From NCBI GenBank assembly GCA_029881255.1, contig JAOUMY010000005.1, positions 259,531 to 323,530 on the forward strand: a DNA stretch of 64,000 nt, in the 5' to 3' direction. The translations under genes and the position numbers were made by a program. Shown here in pieces: positions 57,205 to 64,000 of the stretch (its first letter is position 1; each line of letters starts with the position of its first letter). The stretch is from Gammaproteobacteria bacterium. Lineage in GTDB: Bacteria > Pseudomonadota > Gammaproteobacteria > S012-40. The notes under the pieces are model-generated. The model had not been told where the DNA came from. It saw only the letters and a program-made list of their open reading frames with translations, and did not search any database.

Positions 57205-58548
57205 CTAAATTCCGTAAGCCATACGCAAAAGACTCAAGGGATGTGTCGCACCACGACCATCTTTTAAACCGTTTTCTATCTGATCGCCCGCCATTGGACA
57301 GTCGCTGGTATAGTGATCTGGTTCAAATTTCTTGACCTTGTTGATCACGGGTCGACATATCTTCATGGAAATATCGTGGTACTCTTGCTTTACCGCATAC
57401 GTCCCATCGTGGCCCGAACATCGCTCAATAAGATCGATTTCAGTTCCTGGCGTTAATGCCAACACATCCCGGGTTTTCAAACCGATGTTCTGTACTCGCA
57501 AATGGCAGGATGCATGATACGACACCTTACCCAAACCTCGCTGGAAACTGGTGTTTAACTTTCCAGCCTTGTGTCTAAGCATGAGATATTCAAACGGGTC
57601 ATAGATGTGTTGTTTTACTTTTTGTACATCTCTATCATCCGGGAACATCAAGGGCAATTCCTGTTTAAACATCAATACACAGGACGGAACCGGTCCAACG
57701 ATATCAAAACCCTGCTCTATCATTTCAATCATTACCGGGATGTTTTTGTTTTTTGCCCTTTCAACTGCCTCCAGATCACCGAGCTCCAACTTAGGCATAC
57801 CACAACATACTTCGGAATCTATTAGTTTGGTATGAAGTTGATTGTGTTCGAACACGGCAACCAGATCTTCCACTATCTGTGGCGCATTGCGGTTGCCATA
57901 ACAGGTAACAAACACCGCAACCTTGCCTGCGGTCTGCTCCGTAGCCTCTGATTGCGCCAAAGACTTATGGCTGGCTAGCCGTTTGCGCGCTGTATGGCTA
58001 TGATATTGCGGAACCACCGCGTCAGTATGTATACCGAGTACGCTTTGTAAAATCTTGCGCGTAGCCTGAATTTTATTGGCGCTGTTTACCACACCAGACA
58101 CAACGGGAATACCTGCCAAAGAGCCAACGGCATCTGTCGAGGTCAGTATCTTGTCTCGCAGCTTCACGTCCCCCTTGCGATGCTTTACTGCCTTTGCACG
58201 CAACATCGTGTGTGGAAAATCCAGATTCCATTCGTGCGGGGGAACATAAGGACACTTCGTCATATAACACAAATCACACAAATAGCAGTGATCGACGACT
58301 TTCCAGTAATCTTTTTTCGCGACTCCATCAACTTCCATGGTGTCGGACTCGTCTACCAGATCAAAAAGTGTCGGGAAGGCATTGCAAAGACTGACGCATC
58401 GGCGACATCCATGACAAATGTCATAGATGCGCTCAAGTTCGTGCATGAGTGATTCTTCGTTATAAAACTCGGGGTTTTTCCAGTCGAGCGAATGTCGCGT
58501 AGGAGCCTCCAGGCTACCTTCACGCACAGGGGATTTCGGTCCAGACAT
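57205..58548 (-). CDS. (Fe-S)-binding oxidoreductase of the HdrD/GlpC type, with two 4Fe-4S ferredoxin motifs and two CCG cysteine-rich domains.
   Basis: CHGCRRCVSLC and CYLCDLCYMTKCP ferredoxin-like motifs. CCG-type motifs CCGMP...C and CSGHDG. Confidence 0.75.
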   Translation of the reverse strand: MSGPKSPVREGSLEAPTRHSLDWKNPEFYNEESLMHELERIYDICHGCRRCVSLCNAFPTLFDLVDESDTMEVDGVAKKDYWKVVDHCYLCDLCYMTKCPYVPPHEWNLDFPHTMLRAKAVKHRKGDVKLRDKILTSTDAVGSLAGIPVVSGVVNSANKIQATRKILQSVLGIHTDAVVPQYHSHTARKRLASHKSLAQSEATEQTAGKVAVFVTCYGNRNAPQIVEDLVAVFEHNQLHTKLIDSEVCCGMPKLELGDLEAVERAKNKNIPVMIEMIEQGFDIVGPVPSCVLMFKQELPLMFPDDRDVQKVKQHIYDPFEYLMLRHKAGKLNTSFQRGLGKVSYHASCHLRVQNIGLKTRDVLALTPGTEIDLIERCSGHDGTYAVKQEYHDISMKICRPVINKVKKFEPDHYTSDCPMAGDQIENGLKDGRGATHPLSLLRMAYGI

Positions 58549-58593
58549 AAAACTCCCTTGGAATGACAGTCTGTTTATTCTTTTTTTGGTGAG

Positions 58594-58622
58594 AAAAACT
58601 GGCCACGGATGTGGCCAGTTTT
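58594..58622 (-). terminator. Perfect hairpin terminator/attenuator between the rubrerythrin gene and the Fe-S gene. Minus strand reads CTGGCCAC-atcc-GTGGCCAG followed by TTTTTCTC.
   Basis: 8-bp GC-rich stem flanked by an A-run and a T-run. Internal to an apparent operon, which suggests polarity control giving more rubrerythrin than downstream products. Confidence 0.5.
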
Positions 58623-58638
58623 ACGTGTACTCTTTGAT

Positions 58639-59055
58639 CTAGTCGAGTGTGTCGAGGGCCTTCTGAAAACGATTAGCGTGAGAACGCTCGGCCTTTGCCA
58701 GTGTTTCAAACCAATCAGCAATTTCATCAAAACCTTCATCACGAGCCGTTTTAGCCATACCCGGATACATATCTGTGTATTCATGGGTTTCGCCCGCAAT
58801 CGACGCCTTGAGATTATCGGAGGTATTTCCAATTGGTAATCCTGTTGCAGGATCGCCTACCTCTTCAAGATATTCCAGGTGACCATGGGCATGACCGGTT
58901 TCACCTTCTGCCGTCGAACGGAAAACAGTTGCGACATCGTTATAACCTTCGACGTCTGCTTTGGCAGCAAAGTAAAGATAACGACGATTTGCCTGAGATT
59001 CGCCGGCAAAAGCGTCCTTCAGATTTTTTTCTGTTTTACTACCTTTTAACGACAT
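58639..59055 (-). CDS. Rubrerythrin-family ferritin-like diiron protein; no rubredoxin domain.
   Basis: ExxH diiron motifs ([18 protein letters not shown]) in a four-helix-bundle sequence. Confidence 0.85.
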   Translation of the reverse strand: MSLKGSKTEKNLKDAFAGESQANRRYLYFAAKADVEGYNDVATVFRSTAEGETGHAHGHLEYLEEVGDPATGLPIGNTSDNLKASIAGETHEYTDMYPGMAKTARDEGFDEIADWFETLAKAERSHANRFQKALDTLD

Positions 59056-59144
59056 GTTGCTCCTCCTGCAATAGATTAGCTCACCATTTGTTCATTTGCA
59101 TTCTGAAGAATAATTTGGACTTTGTCCAATATTTATCAAGGTAA

Positions 59145-60956
59145 TTATGATTCAACATCGACACGCGTTTGCCACTCAACAATTGCACTATATGATGAGT
59201 GTTCAGCAACAAGCTGTGAGTGAGTACCAACATCCACACTTCCATCACCGTTAAGATATACAACACGATCCGCTTCACGAATTGAAGAAAACCGATGGGC
59301 TATGATTATCGTAGTTCGTCCCACGCATAGTCGCCGAATACTTTGCATCAGATGCTGTTCCGATTCGCTGTCAAGCGCGGAACTGGGTTCATCCATAATC
59401 AGAATGGGAGCATTCCGCAAAAAGGCACGTGCAATCGAGAGCCGTTGCAACTGACCACCAGACAAAGTAAAACCGCCTTCGCCTATGGGTGTATCCAAAC
59501 CCAACTCCAGATTTCGAATAAATTCCCAACTACCACTATCGACACAGGCCTGTTGCAACATCGAATCACTTGCATCAGGACAAGCGAGCAGTAGATTCTC
59601 CCGAATACTGGTTGGTAGTAACAATGGTTCCTGCCAGACGACTGCAATGTATTTGCGCAGCGATACCGGGTCATACGCTGAAATATTCTTGCCGTTGAAC
59701 AAGATCTCGCCTTGCTGTGGATCATAAAAACGCAATAACACATTTACCAACGTAGACTTACCGCTGCCGCTCGCTCCTACTATGGCGACTGTTTCACCGG
59801 GAATGAACGCCAGATCGACACCACGAAACAAAGGTTGAGATCCGGGATAGGCAAACCACAAATCCTGTATATCGATACGCACGCCGTTATCACCGGCGAC
59901 GAAATTCTCGCACCCGCTCTGCCGTACATCTGCGCTTTGCGCCAGCACTTCTTCCAATCGTCTACTCGCCGCAAGTCCGGCTTGCGCCTGAAAGGGCATC
60001 TCTGCAAGACCTCGAACAGGAACGGAAAGATATCCAAGATAGATCAGAAAGCTGACTAAAGAACCGGCGTTTAGCCTGGATTGTTCGACAAAGCCGATAC
60101 CAACATATATGACAGCAAGAATACACACATACATCAATGCGCTCAGGCTGACGCCGAACGATGCCTCTAGCCAACGCTCTTTCATCGCTGCCCGATACGC
60201 GTCATTGAAACGCTGAAGGTGTTGCTGACGCATGCGTGTTGATGCGCCGAAACTGGTCATAGGTTTCAGAAAACTGATCAAGACATTTTCGAACGCCAAC
60301 AATTTGCCATTGTTGTGCATAAACTGGCTTGCGGCCTTGTGTTTACGATTAACAAATATTTTCTGGTGCATCACAAACAATGGCGTCAACATCGTTGCGA
60401 GTACCGCAAGATATGGATCTAAAAAAAACAACATCGCCACATAAAACAATATTGTTAAAATGTGAGATAAAACATATATCGGATATTCAATCACAACACG
60501 TTGAACTTCATCCACGTCATGACTTAAACGTGACAGCAGATCACCCTGCTCAAATTTGTCGGAAACTGGTGCAGAAACTTCCAATAAATGACCGAGAAAA
60601 CGGTTACGCAAGCGGCCAACAAATCGTAATCCCGCACCACTCGATAGTATACGCGCAATAAAATGGGCCGATTGATTCAGAATAACCATTACCATCAGCC
60701 CTAAAATGACAGACAATAGCTGCTGGTATTGACTTTGAAAAATGAGATTAAGCGGCTGACCTAACAACCAAATCAGTACTGTATTGGATATAGCGATCAA
60801 AAGCACCGCGATCGCTGCAAGCTTTATTGTCGATAACTCGTCAACCAACTCCTCCGCATAACGCTTTTTGATGCGGCGGGTTTCACTCAATAGCTCAAAT
60901 AGACCTTTAAACAGCAATGACTCATCTCCGACGGTTAGGTATCCATTCTGTACCAC
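59145..60956 (-). CDS. ABC exporter, fused TMD-NBD half-transporter (MsbA-like). It has no C39 peptidase domain. GTG start.
   Basis: Six-TM N-terminal domain. Walker A GASGSGKST, signature LSGGQLQRLSIARAF, Walker B ILIMDEPSSALD. Confidence 0.85.
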   Translation of the reverse strand: MVQNGYLTVGDESLLFKGLFELLSETRRIKKRYAEELVDELSTIKLAAIAVLLIAISNTVLIWLLGQPLNLIFQSQYQQLLSVILGLMVMVILNQSAHFIARILSSGAGLRFVGRLRNRFLGHLLEVSAPVSDKFEQGDLLSRLSHDVDEVQRVVIEYPIYVLSHILTILFYVAMLFFLDPYLAVLATMLTPLFVMHQKIFVNRKHKAASQFMHNNGKLLAFENVLISFLKPMTSFGASTRMRQQHLQRFNDAYRAAMKERWLEASFGVSLSALMYVCILAVIYVGIGFVEQSRLNAGSLVSFLIYLGYLSVPVRGLAEMPFQAQAGLAASRRLEEVLAQSADVRQSGCENFVAGDNGVRIDIQDLWFAYPGSQPLFRGVDLAFIPGETVAIVGASGSGKSTLVNVLLRFYDPQQGEILFNGKNISAYDPVSLRKYIAVVWQEPLLLPTSIRENLLLACPDASDSMLQQACVDSGSWEFIRNLELGLDTPIGEGGFTLSGGQLQRLSIARAFLRNAPILIMDEPSSALDSESEQHLMQSIRRLCVGRTTIIIAHRFSSIREADRVVYLNGDGSVDVGTHSQLVAEHSSYSAIVEWQTRVDVES

Positions 60957-60980
60957 ACCGTCCTTCCTGAAGCTGAAAAC

Positions 60981-61015
60981 AAAAAAAGAGAGGCCGAAGC
61001 CTCTCTTTCTCTTTT
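60981..61015 (-). terminator. Rho-independent terminator on the minus strand about 30 nt upstream of the ABC exporter start. Minus strand reads GAGAGGC-ttcg-GCCTCTC followed by TTTTTTT.
   Basis: Hairpin at 60988-61005 flanked by A7 and a T-rich tract. Confidence 0.55.
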
Positions 61016-61155
61016 ACTACGGTTTATCTGATGATGGAACAAGTCATCAGTGATAAGTGTTCGGGTAGATACCCGCTCCCCATATCACCGCATCTACACG
61101 GCTTTCGATGTGGCGCGTGTGGTGTTGTTGTTCTTGTACGGTAGTCTGGTGTGGC

Positions 61156-61236
61156 CTACATGCCACCGCCCATTCCTCCGCCCATACCGCCCATGCCGCC
61201 GCCTCCTCCACCACCCATACCACCCATGCCACCCAT
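61156..61236 (-). CDS. Putative 26-aa Met/Gly-only peptide, MGGMGGMGGGGGGGMGGMGGGMGGGM. An overlapping 107-aa ORF in another frame (61047-61370) is the alternative reading.
   Basis: Minus strand reads AAGGAGGT-cact-ATG GGT GGC ATG ... ATG TAG. The SD is a perfect 8-mer with ideal spacing. Confidence 0.35.
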   Translation of the reverse strand: MGGMGGMGGGGGGGMGGMGGGMGGGM

Positions 61237-61474
61237 AGTGACCTCCTTCGGATAATGTAGGTGAATGCAGTCTGGAACTGCGCCATAGTAGCGCCTTGAT
61301 TTAATAGAAAAAAACCAAGACACTCGTTGAGTATAGACAATATATGTCTATTTTTCCAAAACCGGGCCAAGCCGATTTCGGGCAGAGTCTAGGCAGGCAA
61401 GATTAATCCAGGTTTAAACGTTGGAAAAAGGCAATATAGCGGCCCGGCTTGATACCACCAACCAAAACGATCTT

Positions 61475-61924
61475 TTAGCCGCCAACCACTGGCATTAGCT
61501 TGATAAAGCTAACGTCCGTCGACGGCGTTATCGTCAGTTCGTGATCAAGGCTCTGCACTTCCCTGTGATCCACCATCACGAAAAATGCTTTATTTTCAAA
61601 GGCTTTTAGAGCCTCTTCGCATTGCACCTTCCAGTCAAGATCGCGATGTTGACGCAAACGATATCCCTGACTAGTCTCCTCAGCGTCCGCAGGCTGCACC
61701 AGGGCTCGAAAATTCACCGGGCGGCGCAGATTAAAGCTTTCGGCTTCGGCCTGTACACGTCGCTCTATCAGCTCACGTAATGTCAAGCGCTCGCTCGCAA
61801 GTTTCAATTGCACTCTATGGGTACGTTCTCCACGGGCTGTTTCGTCAAAAACCGTCAATGTGGAAGGCATGGCGACCTCGCTAAACAGATTGGCATCTCT
61901 TTTATAACGAGCGTCGAGCGACAA
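61475..61924 (-). CDS. Hypothetical protein ending in ...LMPVVGG. True start is possibly the internal ATG near 61873.
   Basis: ORF with a C-terminal Gly-Gly. No confident family. Confidence 0.4.
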   Translation of the reverse strand: MSLDARYKRDANLFSEVAMPSTLTVFDETARGERTHRVQLKLASERLTLRELIERRVQAEAESFNLRRPVNFRALVQPADAEETSQGYRLRQHRDLDWKVQCEEALKAFENKAFFVMVDHREVQSLDHELTITPSTDVSFIKLMPVVGG

Positions 61925-62043
61925 GCTTTAGTCTACGTTGTAGCTCAACTTCTCTAAAATCCCGACTCAACTTCAGCCTATTTTGTGACGTGATTACTTG
62001 AATCCAACATAGTGTTATTATCGTCCTTTGTCTTACCCCCTTA

Positions 62044-62643
62044 TTGGAAGAGGCTATAACAACATTGAACTTCCAAGACCGCCGCATAATCGTCATTGTT
62101 CTGGTCTGTATTTCCATAGTCGCACTCGCGTTATTGGGTGGACTCGGCATGAGTGCGTTTATAAAAACCACAAGCACTAACGAGTTCTGTATTTCCTGTC
62201 ACGAGATGGAAACGACGGTATATCAGGAGTATCGGCGAACCACGCATTATAAAAACGTCAGTGGCGTAAGCGCCGGTTGTGCTGATTGCCATATACCACA
62301 TGACCTCGGCACAACCATCATTCGCAAATTTGCAGCCGTCAAAGATATTTATCATCATCTCCTGGGGACAATCGACACTACGGAAAAATTCGAAGCACGT
62401 CGCCTGGAAATGGCGCAAAGAGTATGGGCTTCGATGAAAGCGTCAAACTCCCGCGAATGCCGCAACTGCCACAGTTTCGACTCTATGGATATGGACAAAC
62501 AACGTCAACGCGCCTCTAAAATGCACCAGCAAGCCACTAAAGACGGTGAAACTTGCATCGAGTGCCACAAGGGAATCGCACACAAAGCAGTTCATGATTT
62601 GATGGAAACATCAGAAGAAGAAAATATTATCTTGGAGTTTTGA
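62044..62643 (+). CDS. NapC/NirT-family membrane-anchored tetraheme cytochrome (quinol dehydrogenase). TTG start is needed to include the TM anchor.
   Basis: N-terminal TM IIVIVLVCISIVALALLGGLG. Heme motifs CISCH, CADCH, CRNCH, CIECH with NapC-typical spacing. Confidence 0.8.
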   Translation: MEEAITTLNFQDRRIIVIVLVCISIVALALLGGLGMSAFIKTTSTNEFCISCHEMETTVYQEYRRTTHYKNVSGVSAGCADCHIPHDLGTTIIRKFAAVKDIYHHLLGTIDTTEKFEARRLEMAQRVWASMKASNSRECRNCHSFDSMDMDKQRQRASKMHQQATKDGETCIECHKGIAHKAVHDLMETSEEENIILEF

Positions 62644-62660
62644 ATGACGGGGATGAAAAA

Positions 62661-63593
62661 ATGAGATCAGGGAAAATTGCTCTCCTGATATGTGCCGTTG
62701 TCTCACCAAATGTCTATGCAAACAACATTGATTGGGGACAAGTGGACAGTCAGGAATTCGTTCTGTTTTATCCAGGCCAGGCCTCATGGGAATGGTTACT
62801 CACACAACACAAGGGCTCGAAGAGTCTACGTAAAGGCACTCCCTGTCTCGAATGTCACGAGACAGAAGAAAAACAGATGGGAGCAGCACTCGCCAGCGGA
62901 AAAAAAATGGATTCGGATGCCATTGCGGGCAAACCGGGTTCTGTTACCGTCAGCATCCAGGCAGCCATTGATGCGGATTTTCTGTACCTGCGCGCACAGT
63001 GGCAAGACCCAGAGTTCAGCAGCGGAAAAAAGATGGATGCCAACCACGAAACCAAATTCGCAGTCATGTTTGACGACGGCCGGGTTAAGGAAGCCGGTGT
63101 CGCCGGTTGCTGGGGGGTATGCCATGTCGACGTTGCCAACATGCCTTCTGCCGATGGTGAAAAACGTGAGTTGTATACCAGCAAATCCCGGCAGACCATC
63201 ACTCAAAAGGGCGGTGGTGATAAATACAAAGGCGTCTCGGAGTTAAAGGCATTGCTCGACGAAAATAACTTTATGGAATTCTGGCAAGCACGCCCCGGTA
63301 AGAAATCTATGGAAACGGTTTCAGGATACATCCTCGAAAAACGACATCTCCATCAGGGACAGCCGGTAACCAGTGTAGCGGAAAAAAAAGACAACGTTTG
63401 GACAGTCGAATTCAAGCGACGCCTGAAAACAACAGGCGATGGTCTTAAAAAACTCGACGCTTCCACACCGTTGCAGATAGGATTCGCCATACACGACGAT
63501 TATACCAGCGGACGCTTTCACTACGTATCGTTCGGCAAACGCCTGAGCCTCAACGGTGAAAAATCTGATATTACAGTCAAGAAAATTCACTAA
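62661..63593 (+). CDS. Periplasmic heme-binding protein with one CxxCH and one CX3CH motif; possibly an EB_dh/DOMON-like beta-sandwich.
   Basis: Signal peptide ...NVYA. CLECH and CWGVCH motifs. Follows the NapC-like gene with a 17-nt gap. Confidence 0.5.
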   Translation: MRSGKIALLICAVVSPNVYANNIDWGQVDSQEFVLFYPGQASWEWLLTQHKGSKSLRKGTPCLECHETEEKQMGAALASGKKMDSDAIAGKPGSVTVSIQAAIDADFLYLRAQWQDPEFSSGKKMDANHETKFAVMFDDGRVKEAGVAGCWGVCHVDVANMPSADGEKRELYTSKSRQTITQKGGGDKYKGVSELKALLDENNFMEFWQARPGKKSMETVSGYILEKRHLHQGQPVTSVAEKKDNVWTVEFKRRLKTTGDGLKKLDASTPLQIGFAIHDDYTSGRFHYVSFGKRLSLNGEKSDITVKKIH

Positions 63594-63610
63594 TTCATAG
63601 AGACCAAATC

Positions 63611-64000
63611 ATGAACCAACTGAACAGATTTATATCGGGCGTAGTTAGCCTTCCATTTTTAACTCTAATTTTTTTATCCACATTTAGCATAGAATCGCAG
63701 GCCACCGGTGCCTTTGCACGCGCCACGGGTTCCAAATGCGACAAATGCCACACCCAGTCTTTCCCTCGCCTAAACACTCGCGGAGAGCGTTTCATGCGCA
63801 ATGGGTTTCAGCTAAAAAAGGAAAACGATGGCGGTTTCGGCCTGGACGATGATAAAGGTCAGGAAGAGGATAAACTGCTACGCAAGCTGGCCGAGACTCT
63901 CAGTATCACTGGTGATATGGAATTAATGAGTATGAAGGGTGGCACTGTCACTCCAGAGCTAGGAGTCCCTAATGCCGTGGGATTTCTGGCAACTGGTAGC
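63611..64000 (+). CDS. 5' part of a gene, truncated by the window end, for a secreted protein with a CxxCH motif directly after the signal peptide. Possibly a fused cytochrome-porin of the Cyc2 type.
   Basis: ATG at 63611. Signal peptide, then ...ATGSKCDKCHTQSFPRLNTRGERFMRNGF..., then an acidic linker. No stop within the window. Confidence 0.5.
   Translation, partial: MNQLNRFISGVVSLPFLTLIFLSTFSIESQATGAFARATGSKCDKCHTQSFPRLNTRGERFMRNGFQLKKENDGGFGLDDDKGQEEDKLLRKLAETLSITGDMELMSMKGGTVTPELGVPNAVGFLATGS

Noticed and set aside
59145-60956. The ABC transporter as a bacteriocin-type exporter with a C39 peptidase domain.
   Set aside because: At ~600 aa with the TM domain starting near residue 45, there is no room for an N-terminal C39 peptidase domain. 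It is an MsbA-like half-transporter.
61047-61370. The 107-aa minus-strand ORF treated as the real gene over the Met/Gly frame.
   Set aside because: Not fully rejected. Its W/V/A/E-rich middle is the same GC-repeat read in another frame, and it has only a weak RBS, whereas the Met/Gly frame has a perfect AAGGAGGT. Kept as an alternative within the finding.

Overview
The window looks like it comes from a chemolithoautotrophic proteobacterium, roughly 45-48% GC judged by eye. It carries a form IA RuBisCO operon (cbbR, then divergent cbbL-cbbS-small ORF-cbbQ-methyltransferase-cbbO). Other Calvin-cycle genes are present but dispersed: rpe at 10 kb and phosphoribulokinase at 52 kb. The rest is dominated by envelope redox and metal functions: many c-type cytochromes with 1, 3, 4, 4, 4 and 9 CxxCH motifs, a czcCBA-type RND efflux operon with cusF, a hybrid peroxiredoxin-glutaredoxin, a rubrerythrin/CCG-FeS/DUF3501 triad, two two-component systems and an ECF sigma/anti-sigma pair. 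The strongest candidates for something new are three. (1) A minus-strand cluster at 83-9971 encodes a large outer-membrane beta-barrel flanked by three triheme cytochromes, one tetraheme cytochrome, a cupredoxin-domain lipoprotein, a parvulin PPIase and two NHL-repeat lipoproteins; this reads as a porin-cytochrome-type extracellular electron-transfer module with an unusual composition. (2) At 46.9-48.8 kb the periplasmic domain of an ECF anti-sigma factor is paralogous to a divergently encoded secreted DsrE/YchN-like protein. (3) At 61156-61236 a 26-codon ORF encodes only Met and Gly behind a perfect AAGGAGGT Shine-Dalgarno, followed by a hairpin terminator and an ABC exporter. Also notable: a four-unit ~92-bp tandem repeat array with terminator-like hairpins (16243-16573), three tandem paralogous small outer-membrane proteins behind a sensorless two-component system, paired ArsR-type operators, and a window-end CxxCH protein that might be a fused cytochrome-porin. 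Every functional call is from reading the translated sequence; no database search was run.
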